Assembly: GCA_040218735.1 (NCBI GenBank)
Contig: JAVJQW010000042.1
Location: 64,001 to 128,000 of the forward strand
Source: Deltaproteobacteria bacterium
GTDB lineage: Bacteria > Myxococcota > Kuafuiibacteriia > Kuafuiibacteriales > Kuafuiibacteriaceae
DNA: 64,000 nt
Direction of reading: 5' to 3'
Made by a program: the position numbers and the translations under genes. Below the pieces are notes generated by a model. That model was not told where the DNA came from and searched no databases. It was given only the letters and a program-made list of their open reading frames with translations. Below, in pieces: positions 47,336 to 56,933 of this stretch (positions are counted from its first letter, which is position 1; every line of letters begins with the position of its first letter).

Positions 47336-48909
47336 ACCCCGACGCGATCAAACAGGCGGCAGAACGCCTGGGCTTCGAGTCGTTGCGCCCCGAGCAGGAG
47401 CGCGCGATCGAAGCGGTGGCCTCCGGGCGCGATGCGCTCGTGGTGCTGCCGACGGGCTTTGGCAAGTCAGCTTGCTACCAGATCCCGTCGATGGTGCTCG
47501 ACAAGCCGGTGCTCTTGATCTCGCCGCTGCTCGCGCTGCTGTCGGACCAGTACGACAAGCTGGTGAAGCGCAACATCCCTTGCGTTCGTTTGGATGGAAC
47601 GGTGCGCGGGAAGCGCCGCCGCGAAGCGTACCGGCGGATCTTCGAGGGCGGGCCGCTGCTCGTCATGACCACGCCCGAGACGTTGCGTCTCCCGGCGGTG
47701 GTGGAGCTGCTGAGATACGTCGGCGTCTCGGTCGCGGCGGTCGATGAAGCGCACTGCATCTCGGAGTGGGGTTACGACTTCCGTCCGGCGTACATCGAGC
47801 TGGGCGCGCGGCTGGACGAGATCGGCGCGAAGGCGCGCATGGCGCTGACGGCGACGGCGATGGAGGACGTCCGCGCGGACATCGTGCGGTTCCTGCGGAT
47901 CACGGATCCGGAGGTGATCGCGTCGTCGCCGGATCGGAAGAACCTCGCGTACGACGTGATCGTCGCGAGCGACAACGCGCGCGTGAACGCGATGGTGCGG
48001 CTGATGAAGCGGCTGCGTCGCCCCGGGATCATCTACTGCGCGACGACGCGCCACGTGGACGAGCTGTACGTCGTGATGCGGAAGCTCGGGATGCCGGTGC
48101 ATCGCTACCACGGGAAGATGGGGCAGAGCGGGCGCGAGGAGGAGCAGGCGAAGTTCATGAAGCGCGGTCGTCGCTCGATCATGATCGCGACGAACGCGTT
48201 CGGCCTCGGCATCGACAAACGCGACATCCGCTACATCATCCACGCGCAGACGCCGGCCTCCCTCGAGCAGTACGTGCAGGAGGCGGGGCGCGCCGGGCGC
48301 GACGGCAAGAAGTCGGACTGCATCCTCCTGTACTCGGGTTACGACCGCCCGATCCACGAGCAGCTGTTGGCGAAGAGCCGCATCAAGCCGGAGCGGCTCG
48401 CGCAGCTCGGCCGCGCGCTGCGCGCGTGGGCGAAGGAGGGGCGCCAGCCGACGCTCGAGGCGTTGTCCGTCTCGGCGGACATGGGTCCGCGCATGGTCAC
48501 GGCGCTGCTGGGCGTCGCCGACGACGCGGGGATCCTGCGTTACTCGGGCGGCACGATCGACGTGCCGGGGGATCCGGACGAGATCCTCGAAAAGATGAAG
48601 AGCCTCGCGTCGCGCTTCGAGAACCTGCGCACGAACGACGCGCGCCGCCTGGACTCGGTCTCGCAGTACGCCTACCTCGAGACCTGCCGCGGCCAGCACC
48701 TGCGAACCTACTTCGGCGAAGAAGAAGGCGAGCCGTGCGGCCTCTGCGACATCTGCCGCAACCGCGCCGAGCGCCCGTCGAGTTTCTTCGTCCCGCTCGG
48801 CAAGAAGGCCTTCAAGAAGAAGAAGCGCCGGCGTCGCCGGAGGCGAAGGAAGAAGAAGGGCGGCGGCGGCGAGCAGGGCCAGGGCGCGCCGCAGCAACCC
48901 AAGAGTTGA
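47317..48909 (+). CDS. recQ: RecQ family ATP-dependent DNA helicase
   Basis: PTGFGKS, DEAHCISEWGYDFRP, TAT, QEAGRAGRDG, Zn site CR..CGLCDIC; GTG start approximate. Confidence 0.9.
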   Translation: MANATLNPDAIKQAAERLGFESLRPEQERAIEAVASGRDALVVLPTGFGKSACYQIPSMVLDKPVLLISPLLALLSDQYDKLVKRNIPCVRLDGTVRGKRRREAYRRIFEGGPLLVMTTPETLRLPAVVELLRYVGVSVAAVDEAHCISEWGYDFRPAYIELGARLDEIGAKARMALTATAMEDVRADIVRFLRITDPEVIASSPDRKNLAYDVIVASDNARVNAMVRLMKRLRRPGIIYCATTRHVDELYVVMRKLGMPVHRYHGKMGQSGREEEQAKFMKRGRRSIMIATNAFGLGIDKRDIRYIIHAQTPASLEQYVQEAGRAGRDGKKSDCILLYSGYDRPIHEQLLAKSRIKPERLAQLGRALRAWAKEGRQPTLEALSVSADMGPRMVTALLGVADDAGILRYSGGTIDVPGDPDEILEKMKSLASRFENLRTNDARRLDSVSQYAYLETCRGQHLRTYFGEEEGEPCGLCDICRNRAERPSSFFVPLGKKAFKKKKRRRRRRRRKKKGGGGEQGQGAPQQPKS

Positions 48910-48931
48910 GGAAAAGCGGTACCCTCACTTC

Positions 48932-49717
48932 ATGGTGTCGGTCCCGCTCCTGCTCCTCACACTCGCGGCGGCGTCGCCACGAGGCACCGACGTCGACGTC
49001 ATCCTGAAGCTCTTCCCCAAGGCGAAGGCGCAGCAGGCCGAAACACACTGGGGCAAGAAGCAGCCGACCCGTTACCTCGGACCGATCTTTCGCGGTCGTC
49101 GAATGGGTTACGTGCTCGCGGGGGAGGTGCGGTCCGTCGAGCTGGGCCGTGCTCGGCTCATCGTCTTTCCGATCTATCTCACCGACAGGACGAAGGGCCT
49201 GAGGGTCGAGTCACTCGTCACCGGGACGAAGCACGCCGAGTCACCGAAGAGCGTGACGCTCATCCAGGCGATCCTCGTGGACAGCGCGACCGGCAAGCTC
49301 ATCGGTAAGGCGCCGACGTTTCCACTCGAACGAAGCGGTGGATGGACACACGCCTACGCGGGCCGCAACTTCGCCGTCTTCGGGCTCGACGTCGTCGACA
49401 TGTCCGGAGTGACCGGGGCGCGGATGACCTACGGAACCGGTGAGGATGCCCGCGTGCGCTTCTTCGCCACGACCGAGGACGGCAAGCTCGACGCGAGCCA
49501 AGAAAGCACGCCGTTCACGACCGAGGCCGTGGCCCACCCGGAGGGGTGCGAGGAGGCGTCGGTCGCGCGCAAGGCCATCATTCACGAGCCGCGCGCGTAC
49601 TTCAGCCTCGAGTACGCGACGAAGTGCGCGTGTGACGCCGACGCGTGCAAGCGGTCCGGGCTCTCGGTCGGTGACGGGACCCGGACGATCAACCTGAAGT
49701 CCGCGGCGGGCTCCTGA
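48932..49717 (+). CDS. Secreted hypothetical protein
   Basis: Signal-like MVSVPLLLLTLAAA; host-like codon usage. Confidence 0.75.
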   Translation: MVSVPLLLLTLAAASPRGTDVDVILKLFPKAKAQQAETHWGKKQPTRYLGPIFRGRRMGYVLAGEVRSVELGRARLIVFPIYLTDRTKGLRVESLVTGTKHAESPKSVTLIQAILVDSATGKLIGKAPTFPLERSGGWTHAYAGRNFAVFGLDVVDMSGVTGARMTYGTGEDARVRFFATTEDGKLDASQESTPFTTEAVAHPEGCEEASVARKAIIHEPRAYFSLEYATKCACDADACKRSGLSVGDGTRTINLKSAAGS

Positions 49718-49851
49718 GCCGCCTGACCGTTGCGCAATCCTCCCCGATCCGAACGCAGTAGTTGGCATCGGCTCAAGCGAAGTATGGTAGTCCCGGCGAG
49801 TCGGATTCTTTTCAAAATCACCGGCCGCTGCTATCTAGAACCGAAACGTAG

Positions 49852-50181
49852 ATGGGACAGCCGTACCGAGGATCAGTTCAAGCGCAGGGAAGCGACATTG
49901 GAGTTGCGGGAGGCTATACGTCGTCGTGGGCCCAATACGTAGCCCTTACGGCGGACGAGGGAAATATCCGGTTGGATGCCCTTGAGTCCCAATGCTCACG
50001 ACAGCAACTGCATCAGAGAACTCGAGCATTCAAGAAGGCGCGTCGCTTTATCGAGAACGCACGTGCCCAGGGTGGAGTTGGGCCTGAGTCACAGCCGCAC
50101 TCGTTCCAAGACCCCAAACGCACTATCTCGGACGCTCGTGTTGATATCGAGATCAACGCTGGCCTCACTTTCGTTCCGTAG
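49852..50181 (+). CDS. Small hypothetical protein resembling a stand-alone polymorphic-toxin C-terminal domain
   Basis: RGSVQAQG..SWAQ..FKKARRFIENA..GGV..RVDIEI..G..FVP pattern (recalled similarity, unverified); 2 nt from the next ATG. Confidence 0.6.
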   Translation: MGQPYRGSVQAQGSDIGVAGGYTSSWAQYVALTADEGNIRLDALESQCSRQQLHQRTRAFKKARRFIENARAQGGVGPESQPHSFQDPKRTISDARVDIEINAGLTFVP

Positions 50182-50183
50182 CC

Positions 50184-51797
50184 ATGGCAACACTCCGTAG
50201 CCAAGTGGAGCAGATGCTCACGACCGACGCGCTCGATGAAGCACGCGCGTTGATTCGAGCCTTCAGTGAATCGACCGAGAAACAGGGAGCCGCCTCCTCG
50301 GTCGCTGCACTTCTGGTTCTAGGGCCAGATCAGGCATTCGAGGTCGCACTCGGCGAACTTGCGAGGCAAGCCAACTATCGTCGAGTCTCTGAGTCGGACC
50401 TCGCATTGTGGCTAGCGGCGGCTTTGGCGCGAACTCACGTTCCTAGTACTAGTCCGGCACGAGTTAGCATGCTTGCCATACTGGCTCAGGTTGCTAATTG
50501 GCGTGCGCCCGTGTTCGCACTGATGGCGCCCGGCGTTGACCAATGGATCAACTCGGGACTCGAGAACGACTCCGCGATGGTACGGGAGCAGACGGTAGAC
50601 TTTCTCGCAACCTGGTCGCAGTACTGGCGGGCGCCGAGACGCGCTCGGGTCCGTCGAGCTATTCGCGACGCTGCGCTGCAAGCGATAGCGTTAGTGGACG
50701 ATAGCGAACTGGCTGAAGACTGGGAGAGCGGGCTACGCGATTTCAGTTCGGCCAAGAACGCCTCCCTAGAGCCTGACTCTGCGGTCTGGTCGGCACCCGG
50801 CGCACTCCTGGCGATGCTGTCCCACGCTGATCCCGACCACGCTGACCTTGCTCGCCACTTGTCGAGCGCAACGACCGGATGGTTGGCCGAACTTGCGTCG
50901 ACTAACCCAGCTGCAGGAAAGCTCGTGGGCGCGGTCAGAGTAGAAGGCACAGATCAACGTCTCTCGTGGTCGCAGGTTGCCGGTGTAATTAGCGTCGCGG
51001 AGAGGTTCGTTCAGGAGGTCGCCGACCGAGCCTGGAAAAGCGTCTCGAACCTACCGACATTCGTACCTGCTGCTGCTGCTGGCGGTTCCTGGACGGTAAC
51101 GCTGAGTGCAACGATGTCAACACGTCAGGCTTTCCAACTCGTAGACATGTTCGATAGCCTTGGGCGGTTCGACGATGCGATCGAAGCCTCTGATGACCTT
51201 CGAGAGGAATGGCAACGACTGTGCGCTGAGGCCATTGGAGGACGGTTCGTCGTGTACTTCGCGGTGGCCAGCGCTGCGTCAGACGTTCCGTACGCGTCCG
51301 TTGTAGCCAGCACTGATGGTCAGGGGCAGGCCAGAGCGACGCCTTTGGTGCTGTCTCGCGACGTTCCGCAAGCCGACACGCTCGCACGTGTTGTTGAGCT
51401 TACGAGATTGTTCGTTGAGCGCCCCGGAGAGATCGAACTCGTCCGAGAACGCTTCATCTCGCGCGATGGAATCACTGGCCGCCAGTTCTCGTACTACCGT
51501 CGCGCATCCGAGACTCTCGGCCTGCTTACCTTCACTGGGCATCCTACGCGAGCGGGGGCACTCCTTGCCCGCGTGGGAGATGCCCGTCGGTCTGAGATCC
51601 TAAGGCATCAGTTCTCTGTCTCGGAGGTTGGCGCAGCGTGGTTGAGGTGGGCACAAGTCGACAGCGTTGAAGAACTACACAGCCGATCGGCTTTTGCCTT
51701 TGTTCGTGATGTTGCACCGAGCCTGTCTGAGTCGACTGCGAGACGGCGCTCTCGAACCCTTGTTGGATGGCTTGAGGAACTTACCGAAGCGGATTGA
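50184..51797 (+). CDS. Hypothetical protein with a C-terminal DUF7226-like (restriction-associated winged-helix) region
   Basis: VPQADTLARV..RQFSYYRRASETLGLL..LSESTARRRSRTLVGW. Confidence 0.65.
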   Translation: MATLRSQVEQMLTTDALDEARALIRAFSESTEKQGAASSVAALLVLGPDQAFEVALGELARQANYRRVSESDLALWLAAALARTHVPSTSPARVSMLAILAQVANWRAPVFALMAPGVDQWINSGLENDSAMVREQTVDFLATWSQYWRAPRRARVRRAIRDAALQAIALVDDSELAEDWESGLRDFSSAKNASLEPDSAVWSAPGALLAMLSHADPDHADLARHLSSATTGWLAELASTNPAAGKLVGAVRVEGTDQRLSWSQVAGVISVAERFVQEVADRAWKSVSNLPTFVPAAAAGGSWTVTLSATMSTRQAFQLVDMFDSLGRFDDAIEASDDLREEWQRLCAEAIGGRFVVYFAVASAASDVPYASVVASTDGQGQARATPLVLSRDVPQADTLARVVELTRLFVERPGEIELVRERFISRDGITGRQFSYYRRASETLGLLTFTGHPTRAGALLARVGDARRSEILRHQFSVSEVGAAWLRWAQVDSVEELHSRSAFAFVRDVAPSLSESTARRRSRTLVGWLEELTEAD

Positions 51798-52545
51798 CCG
51801 ATGAGATTATTTCGTCGATCGATGATGACTCGGAGCAAAATGAGAGTAGACGTTTCCTGGTCACCTCCACCGCTTCCTCACAGGTGTCGTTTCCCATGAA
51901 GGAGCGCCCAAGTTTGACCGCGGCCTCTCCTGTGCTTCCCGATCCCATGAAGGGATCCGCAACTATTTCACCAGGAAATGAACTCTGCTTGACAAGGATT
52001 TCGATTAGGGCGGAAGGCTTCTCTGTTGGGTATCCGCGCCAGATGCGCGGGACCGCAAGGATGTCTGGCACTCCCAAGTCACTCAGCTTCCGCTTCCCTT
52101 TCTCGAAGAAGAGAATGCGTTCACATCTTGATCGGTAATGGTACCCCATTCCAATCTTCATCTTGTCCCAGATCAGCGGCTTCCAGAACTTAAATCCGAC
52201 CTCCTCGGCGACCGGTTTGGCGAAGAACATCGTCTCCGCGTCACAAAAGAAGTAAAAGTGAGAGTGGCGTGCAAGCACGCGATACACCTCACGGAATAGT
52301 TCATGGAATCGGCGGTTCGGAAATATGTCGAACCACTTATTGCTCGATGCTTTGCTGTTCTTCAGGCGCGTGGTTGTTCCAACCGCTCGGTGCTTCTCCA
52401 AGGATTCGTACGGCGGATCCGTGACGATCAGGTCAACTGAACTCGATGGGAGGCCCCTTAGCCAGTCGATCGCATCAACCTTGCTGAGGGCGAACCTAAC
52501 ACTCGGTGCTTCGGCTGTTTGCCTCTCGACCCTACGCTTCGGCAC
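51781..52545 (-). CDS. Site-specific DNA methyltransferase (N4/N6, beta class)
   Basis: VDLIVTDPPY precedes YPTEKP and DPFMGSGST; start uncertain. Confidence 0.9.
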   Translation of the reverse strand: MPKRRVERQTAEAPSVRFALSKVDAIDWLRGLPSSSVDLIVTDPPYESLEKHRAVGTTTRLKNSKASSNKWFDIFPNRRFHELFREVYRVLARHSHFYFFCDAETMFFAKPVAEEVGFKFWKPLIWDKMKIGMGYHYRSRCERILFFEKGKRKLSDLGVPDILAVPRIWRGYPTEKPSALIEILVKQSSFPGEIVADPFMGSGSTGEAAVKLGRSFMGNDTCEEAVEVTRKRLLSFCSESSSIDEIISSVNPLR

Positions 52546-52645
52546 CGCATCGAATCGTACTGGAGGAGACTGAACAAAACAACAGGTCTTCTGGCCGCAC
52601 GGAGTCGGGATCCTTCGTGGACTCACCCTTGTGACCCGGCAGGCG

Positions 52646-55489
52646 ATGTTGCGCATTGCGCCCGGATCTAGCAGTCCCGTTTGCGTGGCCCGTTCGGCGA
52701 CAATCACGCTAGTGTTTCTCCTCTGCGCCTGCGGGAGCAGTGACCCCGAGGGCATCCGCGAGGTCGAGACCGAGCTGACGCGTGTCATCCCCACGCTCGA
52801 GGCCGACGTGTTCGTACTGCGCGCGGAGAACGACGTCGCGCACATCTACGCGGAGAACCTCCTCGACGCGCACCGGGTGCAGGGCTTCGTCACGGCGCAG
52901 GATCGTTACGTTCAGCTCGAGCTCCTCCGGCGCCTCGGGGCGGGGTCGACGCACGAGCTGCTCGGCTCGCTCGGCGTGGACATCGACGCGATCGCGCGCG
53001 GCCAAGGGTTGAAGGCGGTGGCCGACGCGATCTGGGCGTCGCTCTCCGCGGATCTGAAGCAGCGCTTCGAGGCCTACGCGGAGGGCGTGAACGCGTACAT
53101 CGAGGTCGTGCAGCGCGGGCAGCTCCCGTTGCCGGAGGAGATCGAGATCGTCGCGGGGCTCGTCGACATCGACCGCCCCGCGGACGCGATGCAGCCGATC
53201 TCTGGCTACGACATAGCGGCCGTCGCGGCGGTCGTGGTGAGCCGCCTCGGCTACGAGACCACCGACCTCAAGCGCCAGTCCGCCGCGCAGAAACTCGCGG
53301 CGCTCCCCGACGGCAAGGTGAAAGACGGCTTGCTCTACGATCTCTTCGGCGCCGTCGCGCCCGTGCACGCGATCTCCGAAGTCGCGCCGGGCCAGGGCCT
53401 CAGCCCCCGCTTCGAACGCCAGCTCCGCGCGCTCGACGTCGAAGGCTCGATGCTCGACCGCCTCGTGAATCGCACCACGACGTTCTCGCGGTGGATCGGC
53501 AAGAACGATCGTGAGTTCGGCTCCAACGCCTGGGCCGTTTCGTCCAAGGGCACCGGCGGCGGATCGATCCTCGCGAACGACGGCCACCTCTCGCTCACGA
53601 TCCCGTCGCTGTTCTACCAGCAGTGCATCGACGTCGCGTACTTCGGCGACGAAGACGACGACCACCTCTGCGGTCTCTACTTCCCCGGCTTCCCGCTCCT
53701 CGCGGTCGGCACCAACGGCCACGTCGCGTGGGGCCAGACGTACCTCGACGCCGACGTCACCGACTTCTACGCCGAGCAAATCCAGCTCGGCACCGACGGC
53801 CTCCCGCAGGCGACGATGTTCCAAGGACAGTGGCGCGACGTCCGCCGCGTCGACGAGACCTACGGCGACGTCGTCGTCCCACGCTTCGAGACGTTCGACG
53901 GGCGCTACCTGATCTCGGTCGAGGGCGAGATGAGCAGCTCGGGTTTCTTCGCGCTCGGCGACTGGATCACCCCCGGCGACACCAACGGCGACCAGGTCAT
54001 CGAAGGCGTCAGCTTCGACTGGACCGCCTTCGACGTCGGCCAGACGATCGAAGCCGTCGCCGGTTTCTCGCGTTCGCGCTCCGTCGCGGACTTCAAGGCG
54101 CAGACGAAGAAACTCGTCGGCTACTCGCAGAACGTCATCGTCGCCGACGAACACGGCGACGTCATGTACACCGGCTACCACGCGCTCCCCTGCCGCGACG
54201 GCCTGGAGAAGGACGAAGGCGGCTGGGTCGAAGGCGCCAACCCGATGCAGGTCCTCGACGGCACCACGTACGGAGCGTTCGACATCGACCTCGCCGCGCC
54301 GAGCGGCTGCCTGATCCCCTTCGAAGCTGGCCCTCGCGTCGAGACGCCCGCGTCCGGGTTCGTCGTCACCGCGAACCACGACCCGCTCGGCAACACGTTC
54401 GACGACGATCTCGCGAACGACACCCACTACATCGGCGGCCCCTACGCGCTCGGCTACCGCGCGAAGACGATCTCGGACGGCCTCGCGGCGAGCGTCGCCA
54501 CGGGGGCATCGTCGATCGCCGACACCCAAACGATCCAAGCCGACCACCACTCCCCCCTCGGGCTCCGCTACGGCCCGCTGCTGGAGCAAGCCCTCGACGA
54601 CAGCGACCCGCGCTTCGCCGAGGTCAAGTCGCGCCTCACCGCGTGGCGCGACCGCGGCGCTCTCGCGAAGTCCGGCGTCGACACCTTCTACGCGACCTTC
54701 GCCGCGGAAGAGCGCGCCGACGCCGTCGCCACGATGATCTTCAACGCGTGGATGCGCCGCTTCGTCGAGCTCGTCTTCGACGAAGAGCTCGCGCGCGACG
54801 CGATGGTCACCAGCGCCGCGCGCACCGCGTTCCGCACCCTCGACCGGATGCTGATGTCGCGCGGCGAGAACACCGCCGGCCTGCGCTCCTACGACGACGC
54901 GCGCGGGGAGTCGGTGTTGTTCGACCTCGTCGCGACCGCGTCCGTCACCGAGACCAGCGACGACGTCATGCAAATCGCGATGGTCGACGCCCTCGACGCG
55001 CTCGCCTCCGATCGCTACTTCGACACGGACGACATGGACGCCTGGCTCTGGGGCCTCGAGCACCAGGTGCGCTTCATCGCGCTCATCGAAGAAGCCGGCG
55101 CGGACAACCCGCTCGTCGGGTTGCTCTCGTTCAAGTTCGGCCTCACCACGAAGGACCTCCCGCTCGAAGGCGGCCCCGGCACAGAGTCGCTCGAACACTT
55201 CCCGCGCAACGGGGACTGGTTCGGCGTGGACGCCGCGAACCCGGGTCTCTTCCGCCGCGACTACGACTACACCCACGGCCCGGTGATGCGCATGGTCATC
55301 CAGCTGAACGACGGCGAGGTGCGCGGCGAGAACGTCCTCCCGGGCGGGCAGTCCGGGCTCCTCGAAGACGAACACTTCGCCGACCAGGCCGCGCTCTGGC
55401 TCGGCAACCGCACCATCCCGCTGCGGTACTTCGCCGAAGAGGCGGTCGCGGGGATGCAGTCGGCGGAGCGCTTCACGAAGGCGCGTTGA
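52646..55489 (+). CDS. Penicillin acylase family (Ntn hydrolase) lipoprotein
   Basis: AHIYA..QGFVTAQDR, GSNAWAV nucleophile site, LANDGHL, TANH, LPGGQSG; lipobox LCAC; start uncertain (52631/52646). Confidence 0.9.
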   Translation: MLRIAPGSSSPVCVARSATITLVFLLCACGSSDPEGIREVETELTRVIPTLEADVFVLRAENDVAHIYAENLLDAHRVQGFVTAQDRYVQLELLRRLGAGSTHELLGSLGVDIDAIARGQGLKAVADAIWASLSADLKQRFEAYAEGVNAYIEVVQRGQLPLPEEIEIVAGLVDIDRPADAMQPISGYDIAAVAAVVVSRLGYETTDLKRQSAAQKLAALPDGKVKDGLLYDLFGAVAPVHAISEVAPGQGLSPRFERQLRALDVEGSMLDRLVNRTTTFSRWIGKNDREFGSNAWAVSSKGTGGGSILANDGHLSLTIPSLFYQQCIDVAYFGDEDDDHLCGLYFPGFPLLAVGTNGHVAWGQTYLDADVTDFYAEQIQLGTDGLPQATMFQGQWRDVRRVDETYGDVVVPRFETFDGRYLISVEGEMSSSGFFALGDWITPGDTNGDQVIEGVSFDWTAFDVGQTIEAVAGFSRSRSVADFKAQTKKLVGYSQNVIVADEHGDVMYTGYHALPCRDGLEKDEGGWVEGANPMQVLDGTTYGAFDIDLAAPSGCLIPFEAGPRVETPASGFVVTANHDPLGNTFDDDLANDTHYIGGPYALGYRAKTISDGLAASVATGASSIADTQTIQADHHSPLGLRYGPLLEQALDDSDPRFAEVKSRLTAWRDRGALAKSGVDTFYATFAAEERADAVATMIFNAWMRRFVELVFDEELARDAMVTSAARTAFRTLDRMLMSRGENTAGLRSYDDARGESVLFDLVATASVTETSDDVMQIAMVDALDALASDRYFDTDDMDAWLWGLEHQVRFIALIEEAGADNPLVGLLSFKFGLTTKDLPLEGGPGTESLEHFPRNGDWFGVDAANPGLFRRDYDYTHGPVMRMVIQLNDGEVRGENVLPGGQSGLLEDEHFADQAALWLGNRTIPLRYFAEEAVAGMQSAERFTKAR

Positions 55490-56925
55490 TGCGGCGTGTC
55501 CTGATCATCGCGGCCGTCGTCTGCGTGGTGTTCGGCGTCTGGGTCTGGCGCGTCGCGGAGCCGTTCGCGCCCGAGTACGACGCGACCTACGTCGGCAGCG
55601 CGCAGTGCGGCCAGTGCCACACGCAGGTCTACGAGGACTGGCGCGAGTCGTCGCACGCGAAGATGACGCGACGCCCGACGCCCGAGTCGGTGGTCGGCGA
55701 CTTCGACGACCACGCCTGGACGCTCCCGCCCGACGCGCAACGCAGCCTCGCCGACACCGAGCCGGCGGCACGTATGTACCGCGAGGGCGACAAGTACTTC
55801 ATGGCGCTGCGCCACCCCGAGCAGCCGGGCTACGTGCCCTTCGAGATCGCGTGGGTGATTGGCTACCAGTACCGGCAAGTCTACTTGACGCTCGAACCGA
55901 AGGGCGTGCTGCGCCGCCTCCCGCTGCAGTGGTCGGTGCCGCGCCAAGCGTTCTTCCCGTACTGGAACATGCAGGAGGCGAGCACGCCCTCCGTCACCGA
56001 CTTCTGGATGCAGATGCGCTCGCAGAACTCCGCGTGGAACCTTTTCTGCGCGCGCTGCCACACGACCAACCTGGAGATCCTCGCGAAGGACAAGGACCAC
56101 ACCGCGGCGGACACGCGGTGGACCGAACCGGGCATCGCCTGCGAGGCGTGCCACGGCCCGGGGAGCCTGCACCTCGAATATTTTCGAACGAACTACGCGA
56201 ACCGCTTCTTCGGGTTCCTGGACTCCGACGTACGCGGCCGCCGCGCCGCGTACATCGCGAGCGCTCCGAAGCTCTCCAAGGGCACCGCGATGAGCGTGTG
56301 CGCGCGCTGCCACGGCACGGACATCCGGCTCTCCTCGACGGACGTCTTCCGCGAGTACGAGCCGGGCTTCAGCCGGACCGGCAAGACCAACGACCTGTCT
56401 TCACACTTCAAGGAGGTGCCGCTCACGCCGAACCGCACGACGCCGACCGTGGAGATCTACGCGGACGGCCAACCGAAGGGGATCGGCATGCTCTTTCGCT
56501 CGATGATCGAGTCGAAGTGTTACGAGCAGGCCGACGTCCGCTGCCACGACTGCCACGACGCACACGACAACCGGAAGCCCGCCGTCGAAGGGATCCTCGA
56601 GCCGTCCGCCGCGAGTGACGCGTACTGCCTCGGCTGCCACGAGGGCATCGCGGCGCGCGTCGACCAACACAATCGCCACGAACCGAACACCCCCGGCGCG
56701 CACTGTTACGACTGCCACCTACCGAAATCGATCGTGAAGATCGCGGCCGGCATCGACGACTTCACGCGGACCCACGAGCTCAGCTCGATCCCTCGCCCGG
56801 CGAACACGGTGCGCTTCGGACAGCACCGCGCCCCGAACGCGTGCACGGGGTGCCACGCGGATCGGTCGCCCGCGTGGGCCGACGAGCTGGTGCGATCCTG
56901 GTCGACGACGTCCGCCGCGCGCTGA
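55489..56925 (+). CDS. Octaheme c-type cytochrome, membrane-anchored
   Basis: Eight CxxCH motifs (CGQCH, CARCH, CEACH, CARCH, CHDCH, CLGCH, CYDCH, CTGCH); N-terminal TM; TGATG overlap with the acylase stop. Confidence 0.9.
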   Translation: MRRVLIIAAVVCVVFGVWVWRVAEPFAPEYDATYVGSAQCGQCHTQVYEDWRESSHAKMTRRPTPESVVGDFDDHAWTLPPDAQRSLADTEPAARMYREGDKYFMALRHPEQPGYVPFEIAWVIGYQYRQVYLTLEPKGVLRRLPLQWSVPRQAFFPYWNMQEASTPSVTDFWMQMRSQNSAWNLFCARCHTTNLEILAKDKDHTAADTRWTEPGIACEACHGPGSLHLEYFRTNYANRFFGFLDSDVRGRRAAYIASAPKLSKGTAMSVCARCHGTDIRLSSTDVFREYEPGFSRTGKTNDLSSHFKEVPLTPNRTTPTVEIYADGQPKGIGMLFRSMIESKCYEQADVRCHDCHDAHDNRKPAVEGILEPSAASDAYCLGCHEGIAARVDQHNRHEPNTPGAHCYDCHLPKSIVKIAAGIDDFTRTHELSSIPRPANTVRFGQHRAPNACTGCHADRSPAWADELVRSWSTTSAAR

Positions 56926-56933
56926 CCCGCGGT

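Larger units (their letters stand above)
49720..52620. mobile_element. Lower-GC horizontally acquired islet (three genes), boundaries approximate
   Basis: Visible drop in GC and many A/T-ending codons relative to the flanks; no integrase or att site recognised. Confidence 0.55.

Noticed and set aside
49700-52660. GTTGCGCA near both islet ends as att or target-site duplication
   Set aside because: Only 8 bp and GC-rich; could be chance, and no integrase is present
53623-56925. 1100-aa ORF suggesting a giant cytochrome fusion
   Set aside because: The first ~620 codons are an Arg-rich alternative frame of the acylase; the real gene starts at ATG 55489
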